In this document: positions 9,197 to 17,576 of the stretch, in pieces
How positions within the stretch are numbered: position 1 is the stretch's first letter
Layout of the letters: every line of letters begins with the position of its first letter
IMG/VR virus record: IMGVR_UViG_3300043411_001777
Span: 62,001-126,000 of that record
Length of the DNA: 64,000 nt
Reading direction: 5' to 3' (one strand)
The notes under the pieces: generated by a model
What the model saw: the letters and a program-made list of their open reading frames with translations, nothing else
Told to the model about the DNA's origin: nothing
Database searches by the model: none
Program-made: the position numbers and the translations under genes

Positions 9197-9365
9197 TCTC
9201 CTCTACGACGAGGTGCCGTTCGATCTACACGCGGCCCTCATCGAAGCATACTTCGACTACATAGCTGAGCTGTTCCGCAACAGATTCAGGCACCTCCAAC
9301 CCATTTCGGTTGAGGTTGACTTTGGCGACAAATGGGGTTGGACAAATGACGCAAACAACGGGTAA
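9186..9365 (+). CDS. hypothetical protein (59 aa, MTNDLLYDEVPF...)
   Basis: hand translated; fills the gap between neighbours. Confidence 0.5.
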   Translation: MTNDLLYDEVPFDLHAALIEAYFDYIAELFRNRFRHLQPISVEVDFGDKWGWTNDANNG

Positions 9366-9660
9366 TGTCGAAAACCCGGCTCTTCTTATCCAAAGCGCTT
9401 TCTTCCTTGCCAAAGCAAAGAAGACGCTCAAACGCTATTCTGAGTTAGATCAGATCGTTGAAGGCCCCCCGCAAGGGATTCTCAAGGCAGAGGCCGACTT
9501 CATAGAGGGCCAACGCGGCCTAAGGCACCTTTGCGGAAAGAACCTGCATTCCAAGCTCAAAGACCTTCCCGACGAGTTGCTTGAAACGTGGCTTTTGGCT
9601 GGGGAGGAACTCAGCAACGCCTGCGCCAAAATTAGAAACGACCGAAAGGGCAGCACATGA
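9346..9660 (+). CDS. hypothetical protein, paralog A
   Basis: shares LLE.W.LAGE....C..IRNDRK with the next gene. Confidence 0.7.
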   Translation: MTQTTGNVENPALLIQSAFFLAKAKKTLKRYSELDQIVEGPPQGILKAEADFIEGQRGLRHLCGKNLHSKLKDLPDELLETWLLAGEELSNACAKIRNDRKGST

Positions 9661-9965
9661 CCAATGATATCCCAAACGGGTATTTCCGACAGGATATGAC
9701 TGCTCCTAGCATTGGGGGCATAGACCCAGTTCTTCTTGCTCATTTCGCGTACTTCTTTGCTAGAGCAACAAAACGCCTCGCAACCGCCACTGTTCCCCAA
9801 GAACTTCAAGAAGCGGATTCCTCCGCAAGTTTCCACGGGCGAAGACTACGCTCAATCCTCGGAAAGCTTCCGAATGATGACTTACTTGAAAGATGGGCGC
9901 TAGCCGGCGAGCAGATTCACAAGATTTGCACCCAAATCAGAAACGACCGAAAGGACAACAAATGA
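9657..9965 (+). CDS. hypothetical protein, paralog B
   Basis: ATGA overlaps on both sides; paralog of the previous gene. Confidence 0.75.
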   Translation: MTNDIPNGYFRQDMTAPSIGGIDPVLLAHFAYFFARATKRLATATVPQELQEADSSASFHGRRLRSILGKLPNDDLLERWALAGEQIHKICTQIRNDRKDNK

Positions 9966-11095
9966 TCAGTTTCGCGGACATTGTAGTAGACCTCCGTTAC
10001 GGCGACTGTGGCAAAGGCGCCGTAGTTTACGAGCTTTGCAAGGACCCCCGTTACGACATCGTCCTCCGGTGGAATGGGGGGTCCAACGCTGGCCACACGA
10101 TTTACCACAATGGGGTGAAATTCGCCACCCACCTCATTCCCACTGGAATCTTCCACGGTAAGCTTTGTGTGATCGGGTCCGGTTGTGTGGTTAACCCGCG
10201 CAAGTTTTTTGAGGAGCTTGAGTCCCTTCGCAATATGGGCATTGAAACCGAGGGTAAGGTTTTCATTGCCAAGAACGCCCATATTGTGACCGAAGAGCAT
10301 ATTGCCTCCGAACAAGCCGAATCCAAAATCGGCACCACTAAACAGGGGATTGGCCCTGCCTACGCTGCAAAGCACGCCCGTACTGGCATTCGAGCAGAGT
10401 CCGTCCCCGAGCTGGCACCTTACCTCGTTGACCTCTATGAGCTGTTCTACAGCTCAACACCCTATGGAGTCCTAGCCGAAGGGGCACAGGGGTTCGACAT
10501 TGATATTGACTGGTGTGCAGAATACCCTTTTAGCAGCTCATCCATTGCGACCGTTGCAGGAGCTATTCAGAATGGCATTCCTTGGGACAAGGTTCGCAAG
10601 GTGTTCGGGGTGGCTAAGGCTTACGACACTTATGTGGGCTCCCGGGACTTTGAACCCAAGAACGCGATTTTCCAAAAGCTGCGCGAGCTGGGCTCTGAAT
10701 TTGGGGCTACTACAGGCCGTCCTCGCCAGTGCAATTGGTTGGACCTATATGGGTTGACCAAGGCGATCGAAGTGAACAGCGTTACAGACGTGGTCATTTC
10801 CAAGATGGATATCCTACGGGAGCTGAACAAACAGACTGACAACCAGAACTGGTGCTTTGCGCATAGCCGCGAATCCCTTCCTGGGGAGGATTCATTCGTG
10901 GCTTATCTCAGCGATCACCTTATGAAGCTGCAAAGCGTGAAACGCCTCCATTGGAGGAATTCGCCAACAGATTCAATGGGGAATGGGACGATGTTCTGTC
11001 GGGGCACAAGCCGAACTGACAAAACGCAATTAGAAATCATGCGTGACATTCTCCGTCAAGAGCAATTTAGGTACATTTCCAAGGAAGGGCTATGA
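9962..11095 (+). CDS. purA: adenylosuccinate synthetase, short form
   Basis: GDCGKG, GGSNAGHT, HLIPTG, GTTKQGIGPAY, EGAQG, EFGATTGRPRQ, SKMD. Confidence 0.92.
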   Translation: MISFADIVVDLRYGDCGKGAVVYELCKDPRYDIVLRWNGGSNAGHTIYHNGVKFATHLIPTGIFHGKLCVIGSGCVVNPRKFFEELESLRNMGIETEGKVFIAKNAHIVTEEHIASEQAESKIGTTKQGIGPAYAAKHARTGIRAESVPELAPYLVDLYELFYSSTPYGVLAEGAQGFDIDIDWCAEYPFSSSSIATVAGAIQNGIPWDKVRKVFGVAKAYDTYVGSRDFEPKNAIFQKLRELGSEFGATTGRPRQCNWLDLYGLTKAIEVNSVTDVVISKMDILRELNKQTDNQNWCFAHSRESLPGEDSFVAYLSDHLMKLQSVKRLHWRNSPTDSMGNGTMFCRGTSRTDKTQLEIMRDILRQEQFRYISKEGL

Positions 11096-11598
11096 CCTCA
11101 GTATTCCTGGATTCTGATGGTGTTTGCGCTGATTTTGACCGCGGATTCCCTGAAATCTTTGGCATTGACCACCGGTCAATCCCAGAAGAAGAGATGTGGC
11201 GGCTGGTTGCGGAACTCCCAACCTTTTTTGATGAGCTGCCTCTTATGCCAGATGCAGAAGAGCTGTTCAATGGGTTGCGGGACTACGATCCTATTATCCT
11301 AACCGCATGCCCTAAGGCTTGTTTTCAAGCGGCTGCAATCGCTAAGAAACGATGGGTTCGGCGGCACTTCGGGCTTCATGTAAGAGTGCTTCCGGTTTGG
11401 GGTGGGAAGAATAAACCCCTCTACATGCACCAGCCTGGGGATATCCTTATTGACGATTGGCAGGACAATATCACGGCTTGGAACGCTTTTGGCGGAACTG
11501 GCATCCTGCACTTGGATGCAGCTTCCTCGCTTGAGGTTGCACGTATGTCCTTAGCCTATGACACGGATAGGGCAGCCCGTCGACGGGTTCGGGAGTAA
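11092..11598 (+). CDS. HAD-family 5'(3')-deoxyribonucleotidase-like
   Basis: FLDSDGV motif I, ILTA motif II, K, LIDD motif IV. Confidence 0.88.
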   Translation: MTSVFLDSDGVCADFDRGFPEIFGIDHRSIPEEEMWRLVAELPTFFDELPLMPDAEELFNGLRDYDPIILTACPKACFQAAAIAKKRWVRRHFGLHVRVLPVWGGKNKPLYMHQPGDILIDDWQDNITAWNAFGGTGILHLDAASSLEVARMSLAYDTDRAARRRVRE

Positions 11599-11601
11599 GG
11601 T

Positions 11602-12354
11602 ATGGATTCAAAGTTTCGTGTTCTTCCTCCCGAGCACCTACTTTCTACGGGGCTTCTGTTCGAGATCAACAGAGCCGTCCTGCACAAGTTCGGACTGGCC
11701 CTCGCATACACCACGGACGACACTGATGCGTCCAAACCAGCCTATCTGTCTATCCTAAAAGTGGATGACCCCGAGGGGCTAATCTTCGGCGAAGACCTAC
11801 GTTCTTCGGGCTACCGCAAGTACAAGGACTTTCTTAACGAAGAAACCCCTAAGCTTGCGTGTCGTCTGGGTACCTTTGGTTGGCTAGATCAGCCTGGGAA
11901 TGTCGTGACTAAGATAGAGCAATTTACAGGGGAGTACCGTTGGTTGTCCAACTTCTTCGATGTCGAAGTGGTTTTGGATGGCGTGACGTACAGCTCCACT
12001 GAGCACGCTTACCAAGCGGCGAAGACTCTTGACCCGATTGAGCGGGAACGTGTCCGATTGGCCCCCACGCACGGGGCCTCCAAGCGGGAGGGGCGAAAGA
12101 TTACCCTCCGCCCCGGCTGGGACAGCATCAAAAACGATGTCATGTTGGACCTTCTTCGGCAGAAGTTCGCGCGTCCGGACTTGAGGCGGCTTCTCGACGA
12201 GACTGGGGAAACTCAGCTTGTTGAGGGCAATCACTGGCATGATGTGTGGTTTGGCGTGTGTAGCGGCAAGTGTCGTAGTCCTCATGCTAAGCCTGAGGGT
12301 GCCAATCATCTAGGCCGAATGCTCATGCAGGTCCGTGACGAGAACAGGAAATGA
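11602..12354 (+). CDS. NADAR (DUF1768/YbiA-like) protein with an extra N-terminal domain
   Basis: WLSNFF, STEHAYQAAK, KF..., LVEGNHWHDVWFG, GANHLGRMLMQVR. Confidence 0.9.
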   Translation: MDSKFRVLPPEHLLSTGLLFEINRAVLHKFGLALAYTTDDTDASKPAYLSILKVDDPEGLIFGEDLRSSGYRKYKDFLNEETPKLACRLGTFGWLDQPGNVVTKIEQFTGEYRWLSNFFDVEVVLDGVTYSSTEHAYQAAKTLDPIERERVRLAPTHGASKREGRKITLRPGWDSIKNDVMLDLLRQKFARPDLRRLLDETGETQLVEGNHWHDVWFGVCSGKCRSPHAKPEGANHLGRMLMQVRDENRK

Positions 12355-12644
12355 AACCGATTACACCCCAAGAGGTTGTCCGCAAGGTTAAACCTATCCC
12401 TCCCGAAATCATTGAGGCTTTCAATGATTTGATCAGGGAGAACATTTCCGGTAATTCGGCCAAAGTCCTGCTGCGACAAGCTATTTCACGGATAGCCCAG
12501 AAGACTGGGTTTAACGAACAAAAGATTCTTCGTTGTTGGTGGTTAGACAACGTGGAACCCATCTTTCGAGAAGCAGGTTGGGATGTGACATATCGGGACT
12601 CACACTACTACGAATCGTATTACCTTTTCACGGTGAAGAAGTGA
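12351..12644 (+). CDS. hypothetical protein, tandem copy 1
   Basis: MKPITPQEV...FTVKK. Confidence 0.8.
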   Translation: MKPITPQEVVRKVKPIPPEIIEAFNDLIRENISGNSAKVLLRQAISRIAQKTGFNEQKILRCWWLDNVEPIFREAGWDVTYRDSHYYESYYLFTVKK

Positions 12645-12949
12645 AACCAATTACACCCCAAGAAGTAGCTGACCGCAAGGTTAAGTCTATCCCACCCGAA
12701 GTCATTGAGGTTTTCAATGACTTGATTGCGGAGAACTTTTCCGGCAATTCCGCAACCGTCACGGTGACTCAAGCAGTCACCCGCATCAAAAAGAGGATGG
12801 GGAGGCGGACTAATGATGAACAAATCGTTGAACGGGGCTGGTTGGACATTGAGCCTATCTTTCGAGAAACGGGTTGGGATGTGGTATACGACCAGCCTGG
12901 GTACAACGAATCCTACGAGGCGAACTACACTTTCACGGTGAAGAAGTGA
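12641..12949 (+). CDS. hypothetical protein, tandem copy 2
   Basis: GTG 12641; MKPITPQEV...FTVKK. Confidence 0.8.
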   Translation: MKPITPQEVADRKVKSIPPEVIEVFNDLIAENFSGNSATVTVTQAVTRIKKRMGRRTNDEQIVERGWLDIEPIFRETGWDVVYDQPGYNESYEANYTFTVKK

Positions 12950-13413
12950 TGGCGTGGACCTCCAACCTCAAAATCCTCGAAATGAACCTGTTTGACGCCC
13001 CAAAAGGGGCTTTGCTGGTTCATGCCTGTAATTGCATGGGCCGATGGGGGAGCGGTATCGCCAAGGTCTTCGCAGAGAAAAAGTCGAAGGCTTACGTTGA
13101 ATACCAACACCTCTGTTCAAGGGGCGTAACCCCAGGTATGGCCGACATTCTTTCTGAGAATGTCGGCGTCCTCTTCACCTCCAAGGGCTACGCCAGCACC
13201 GTTGACAGTCCAGCTCAGATCCTGACAGCGACACGATTGGCCGTCAATGACCTTCTGGCCAAGTGTCGCTCGGAAGGGCTGTCGCTGGTGTACTCCAACA
13301 AGTTCAATTCCGGGCTGTTCAAGGTCCCCTGGGTGGACACTGAGAAAGTGCTGGCAGAGGTTCTGTCGGGTTACCCTGAAATCGAATGGGTGGTTTGTGA
13401 CTACACCGGCTAA
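12949..13413 (+). CDS. macrodomain protein (ADP-ribose processing, Poa1/DarG-like)
   Basis: NLFDAP, LVHACNCMGRWGSGIA, KFNSGLFKVPW. Confidence 0.88.
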   Translation: MAWTSNLKILEMNLFDAPKGALLVHACNCMGRWGSGIAKVFAEKKSKAYVEYQHLCSRGVTPGMADILSENVGVLFTSKGYASTVDSPAQILTATRLAVNDLLAKCRSEGLSLVYSNKFNSGLFKVPWVDTEKVLAEVLSGYPEIEWVVCDYTG

Positions 13414-13588
13414 CGATTTAACCGTTTTGCTTGGTAAAAACACGGCTGAGCTGCACCTTTGGTGTGCTCAGAACGAGATGAGCTTTCGGGTGTGGCGAGG
13501 CCTACTCGCGACCACGGTAGTGGCCAACCGAGTCAATGTCGTTTTGGACGACAACGGTCGTGTTACACAAGTTCTCGGAATTGGATGA
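13397..13588 (+). CDS. small protein, peptidase inhibitor I78-like C-terminus
   Basis: NRVNVVLDDNGRVTQV resembles the I78 RLNxxLDxxGRIxxV pattern. Confidence 0.45.
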   Translation: MTTPANDLTVLLGKNTAELHLWCAQNEMSFRVWRGLLATTVVANRVNVVLDDNGRVTQVLGIG

Positions 13589-13646
13589 TTTGACCCTAAG
13601 TAGAAATTACCTGTGGGTACTACCACTAGGTATCTAACAACGTGAG

Positions 13647-14177
13647 GTGCGGGTGGAATTAGAATTGCATGAGCCTTGGGTCCCTGATCTGGGGCAACTA
13701 CAGCTCCCTACTCTAAAAGGAGAGTTGTTCAGTGTACGTGACCTGTCACTGGCTGATTATGGGCTCGACGAACTGTTTAATGTAGCGCAAGAGGTTTGCT
13801 CCGCCTGTGAGGCGTGGACCCCTGGTAATACGAAAGCCAAAGTAGCCTTTATGAAGGCAGGCCGATCGCTTTTCCACCGATGGTCAAAGCGTTCCAAACG
13901 AAATCAGTTGCCTAGTATGTATGAGGGGTCTCTCACCCATTCTGGGGATGTATTCCTCGAATACGATGAATTTGGGTTACACTTAAACCCGTGGGGGCCG
14001 GCTTATGCTGACCAGCCTTCTGGTTTCGGTTCGCCCTACAAGGTTTGTGCACGTCGCTATGGGTCTAACGTAAACCTTTGGATGACACCGTTTTACCTGA
14101 CGTTAATTACGTACGACCAGCTACGGGCGCTGGCGTTGCAAACTCCCCAGAATGAGCTTCAAAATGAAGAAGAGTAA
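13647..14177 (+). CDS. hypothetical protein
   Basis: ORF after a short intergenic gap. Confidence 0.65.
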   Translation: MRVELELHEPWVPDLGQLQLPTLKGELFSVRDLSLADYGLDELFNVAQEVCSACEAWTPGNTKAKVAFMKAGRSLFHRWSKRSKRNQLPSMYEGSLTHSGDVFLEYDEFGLHLNPWGPAYADQPSGFGSPYKVCARRYGSNVNLWMTPFYLTLITYDQLRALALQTPQNELQNEEE

Positions 14178-14490
14178 TATCCACGCTCATCTCACGGAGG
14201 CAGGTATCACCCCTCCTTCGGAGATCGAATACCACGCGAAGGTGCGCGAGATCGCGTATTTCCTGGGGTGTACTGATGCTGAAACGGTGGCTCTGATTCG
14301 CGATGATCGCGATCGTCTGCTGGAAATTCATGATCTGGCCTCAACCTGGAATGAAATGTGGCGGTCGCAGACCTACTGCCCGAGTGATCGGGCTCAACTG
14401 CTGGTGATGCTTTCAGCCCCCATCATCAATCACGGTGCGGTGCTGGCGAAGTTCTCAGAGATCACGAATAGCGGGCTAACTTCCATCTAG
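14152..14490 (+). CDS. hypothetical protein
   Basis: co-oriented ORF. Confidence 0.65.
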   Translation: MSFKMKKSNIHAHLTEAGITPPSEIEYHAKVREIAYFLGCTDAETVALIRDDRDRLLEIHDLASTWNEMWRSQTYCPSDRAQLLVMLSAPIINHGAVLAKFSEITNSGLTSI

Positions 14491-14507
14491 ATCGTGGTTC
14501 TCTAACC

Positions 14508-14825
14508 ATGATGGGATATCAATCAGCGTTAGAGTGGCTTGGTGGTGCTGGGGCCTTTACCGTGATGACGGGTGGTAGGATCATGCGGGCTGGGGATAAT
14601 CTCCTCATCCTGAAGTTCCCACGTCCGGGAGCGGGAAAGCCTAACTACTGCGAAATCGAATACATGCCAGGCCCGGATCTCTACAAGATGACCTTCAAAT
14701 CGGTCCATGGGATCAATGCGAAGACTCTTGTGGAGGAAGACGGGATTTACGGAGATTCGGTCAAGGGCTTTTTCGAGAGCACTACGGGTCTTTACCTGAG
14801 TGTTCCGAAGATCCGTAGGGCGTAA
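14508..14825 (+). CDS. conserved hypothetical protein
   Basis: LGGAGAFTVMTGG...DLYKMTF pattern recognised from phage/plasmid proteins. Confidence 0.75.
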   Translation: MMGYQSALEWLGGAGAFTVMTGGRIMRAGDNLLILKFPRPGAGKPNYCEIEYMPGPDLYKMTFKSVHGINAKTLVEEDGIYGDSVKGFFESTTGLYLSVPKIRRA

Positions 14826-14837
14826 GGGAGAACTCTC

Positions 14838-15014
14838 GTGTATATCGAGGGCAAGACAATTGAGCGCGTTGTAAAGCGCTCTGAGCCGGATTTCGAGGTT
14901 CTAGAACTGCACTTCACTGATGGAACCTCGGTTGAAGTCGGTTCTCAGTATCGCGGGTCCGAGGGGTATTCACTACTGGAAACCTCTGATATCGATGAAA
15001 CTAAGGGTCTTTGA
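14838..15014 (+). CDS. hypothetical protein (58 aa, MYIEGKTIERV...)
   Basis: AAGGGAG SD before GTG; hand translated. Confidence 0.55.
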   Translation: MYIEGKTIERVVKRSEPDFEVLELHFTDGTSVEVGSQYRGSEGYSLLETSDIDETKGL

Positions 15015-15035
15015 CTGTAAGTTAAGGGGCATAAA

Positions 15036-16013
15036 ATGACGGTCGAATCTAGGACACTGATTCAGTGGCTCCAGGCGCATGGCTTTACGGAGGTGCCGAA
15101 GGCCGGGTCTAGTCACCATAAGTGGCAACACGAAAGCACAAAAGCTAAGGTCACGGCTATTCCAACGCAACGGGAAATGACCCCAAACACACTCACCCTC
15201 TGTTTGCGTGAAATCCAACGTGCGGGTTTCCGAAAGCAGGCAGTCCGAAAGGAATTATTCGCGATGCAAGCAGGCTCTGCAAAGTTGCAAGTTAGCACTA
15301 TCGACCTGAAGAAGCCAGTTGAGGCCCCAGTAGCTCAATCGGCTCCGTTGATTCAGGCGGAAACCTCGGCTCCGTCGGCTCCAGTAACCACGGCTAACGT
15401 GGCCTCACCCTCTCCTCTCCAGAGCCGTGTTGATGCTGTGCTCAGGCGTGCAGGCGAAGTCATTGGTCTACCGGCCTTCGCGAAATTCAAGACCACACCA
15501 GAGACGGTTGGGCTTTTGACGGCTCTCCTTGAGATCCTGACTCAGGTGGAGGATCTCTTTTTGGAGACCGCGTTGAAGGCTGAGGCTCCCAAAACGGAGC
15601 TTGCGCCCCTTCCCACATTTACTATGGTCCCCACCCCCTTTGCACTCCCTACCAAGCTCGTTCCCATTGGGATCCTCACGGAGGAACACCTTCGGGATGA
15701 GGCGCGGTCCCTTCAGCTCCCTAATGGGATGCCGCTGAATGAACTTCGTGAACAGGTTCGAGAGCTTCTTCTCACTGAAAAGTGGCTCCCTCTCGGGTCA
15801 ACTTTTCCGGGGTATGAGCTGTCAAATCACAAGCGAATCCGCTCCTATCGAGAGCGAGGATTTCCAACCACGCATCGCCGAAAGCTTGCTAAGATTCGGA
15901 TGCCCGTCGAAGGACGGATTACCCTTCGTGGTCCGGACAAGAAAACCACCAATATCCTGTTGACCAACATGGATGCCCTTTGGGCAGATTTGGAAAAGTC
16001 AGCGGCCCGGTAG
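15036..16013 (+). CDS. HicA-like N-terminal domain + Ala/Pro linker + NUMOD4-like C-terminal domain
   Basis: LIQWLQAHGFTEVPKAGSSHHKWQH...VTAIP...TL; EKWLPLGSTFPGYELSNHKRIRS. Confidence 0.8.
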   Translation: MTVESRTLIQWLQAHGFTEVPKAGSSHHKWQHESTKAKVTAIPTQREMTPNTLTLCLREIQRAGFRKQAVRKELFAMQAGSAKLQVSTIDLKKPVEAPVAQSAPLIQAETSAPSAPVTTANVASPSPLQSRVDAVLRRAGEVIGLPAFAKFKTTPETVGLLTALLEILTQVEDLFLETALKAEAPKTELAPLPTFTMVPTPFALPTKLVPIGILTEEHLRDEARSLQLPNGMPLNELREQVRELLLTEKWLPLGSTFPGYELSNHKRIRSYRERGFPTTHRRKLAKIRMPVEGRITLRGPDKKTTNILLTNMDALWADLEKSAAR

Positions 16014-16041
16014 TATAGTATAGTATAGAGAGGACCCCATC

Positions 16042-16569
16042 ATGGCCAAGAAAACTGCTCCCATTTCAACCGAACCCAAGCTCCTAAAGGAGCCCGCAAA
16101 GCCCCACGATCCGAGCACGGATCCGCTTCCCGAACGGACTTATCAAGAAACAACTCTTGGGGATAACTTGCTGTACCTTTCTGAGAGTGAGATGGGCCGG
16201 CTTTCTGCGGAAACCAAGCAGCTTCTGATCGAGGCACTCAATACCCATGAAATCGGTATTGAGTGCCTCGGGGAATCTTCCTATTCGTCCCCGTCCATCA
16301 CCTTCCGGAAAGTGGAAACGAAGGAGGTGCTCAACCCTTGGTATACTGGGGCTCTAAAAGAGCGCGAGCGGCGGATTGCGAAGTATCAGAAAGCCCTTTC
16401 TCTTTACAAAGAGAAACTAGCCGCTTGGGAAGCACAGGCACCCTTGCGGAAGAAGCTCGAAAAGGAAAAGAAGGAGAAGGCTGAGGCGGCAGCAAAGGCT
16501 GAGCGCCAGCGCAAGTACGAAAAGTCCAAGAAGGATTACCTTGCCTTGAAGAAGGAATTCGAGCAATGA
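16042..16569 (+). CDS. hypothetical Lys/Glu-rich protein
   Basis: GAGAGGA SD; coiled-coil C-terminus. Confidence 0.8.
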   Translation: MAKKTAPISTEPKLLKEPAKPHDPSTDPLPERTYQETTLGDNLLYLSESEMGRLSAETKQLLIEALNTHEIGIECLGESSYSSPSITFRKVETKEVLNPWYTGALKERERRIAKYQKALSLYKEKLAAWEAQAPLRKKLEKEKKEKAEAAAKAERQRKYEKSKKDYLALKKEFEQ

Positions 16570-17576
16570 CGGACCCCTACGATGAATGGTTCGCCAACAA
16601 TATGCACGTACTCCAAGAGTACGGTTCCGGATATATTGCAATCCACCACACAAAGGGTGTCCGTGCTTTTGGCGCGACTTCTGCGGAGTTTAAGCAGGCG
16701 TTAGAGAAACTGGACCCGAACGAGGGGCCCGACCTTCTTACCACTCACACAGACGTCTACTTGTCAAGCCCTCCTCTGCCCTTCTTTTCCGGGGCTCTCC
16801 CGACCTTTGAAGGCCCCCAAGCTCCTGAATTGGCAATTCCAGACGCAAAACAAACTCGTGACCTGAACATGAGCGAGCGCTGTGCTAGACTCGACCAGTT
16901 TATCGCAGAGGGGCGGCTCGTCCGTGGAAAGTGGGCCGAAACAATAGACGGCAAAGAGTACGCCTGCCTTCTCGCAGCCCTTTCGCCTGAAGCGGGGCGG
17001 TTTTTTAGCCGGGCATCTTGTCCCGCTGAAGTAATGCCCGCCTGGCTTGCTCACCTCACCGTTTGGATGAATGATGCGGGGACCGAAGAACAGTGGCCTA
17101 CGGTCATTAGACATTATGCGTCGCTAGCTAAACGCTGGCACGTTCTATCTCCAGAAGATTGGGACACCCTCGAAAATACCCTTAAGGTTGAGATACTTAA
17201 GCTATGCCTAGGGCATGCAGGCCCAGCTTCCGAATACGGAGAAAAAGCTATCTCGCTTTATGAGCGTAGGATGGCTAAGGAACAGATAGACCCAGAGGAA
17301 TGGCTGAACCTCCGCGTTGAAACGTCTTATTTCACGCGGAAGAATTCCGGCCCACCCTGGCGAGCGGCCTTTGCTGTTTATTATGCAACCCGCTTCGACG
17401 ACGGTTGTAGACTGAGCATCTACGGCGCAGGCAGTCTAGCTTCTATGGCGCGACACACTTGCGGGGATAATCTTCCCGTTGACACCCTCATCTTCATGAT
17501 CCTCGACGAACTCGAAAAAGCCATTTCCGGCAAGTCGTGCGGTCCCTACTGCTGCGGAGTATTTCCCGATGAGTAG
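16566..17576 (+). CDS. hypothetical protein (336 aa)
   Basis: ATGA overlap; long ORF. Confidence 0.75.
   Translation: MTDPYDEWFANNMHVLQEYGSGYIAIHHTKGVRAFGATSAEFKQALEKLDPNEGPDLLTTHTDVYLSSPPLPFFSGALPTFEGPQAPELAIPDAKQTRDLNMSERCARLDQFIAEGRLVRGKWAETIDGKEYACLLAALSPEAGRFFSRASCPAEVMPAWLAHLTVWMNDAGTEEQWPTVIRHYASLAKRWHVLSPEDWDTLENTLKVEILKLCLGHAGPASEYGEKAISLYERRMAKEQIDPEEWLNLRVETSYFTRKNSGPPWRAAFAVYYATRFDDGCRLSIYGAGSLASMARHTCGDNLPVDTLIFMILDELEKAISGKSCGPYCCGVFPDE

Noticed and set aside
9186-9365. Detached DNA polymerase A C-terminal fragment (PISVEVDFGDKWG)
   Set aside because: The similarity covers about a dozen residues, there is no HDE motif, and the real polA has its own intact C-terminus.
9962-11095. 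PurZ / 2-aminoadenine (Z-genome) pathway
   Set aside because: The catalytic Asp (GDCGKG), Arg (TTGRPR) and GTP-type SKMD are PurA-like, whereas PurZ has Ser in place of the Asp. No DatZ- or MazZ-like gene was recognised nearby.
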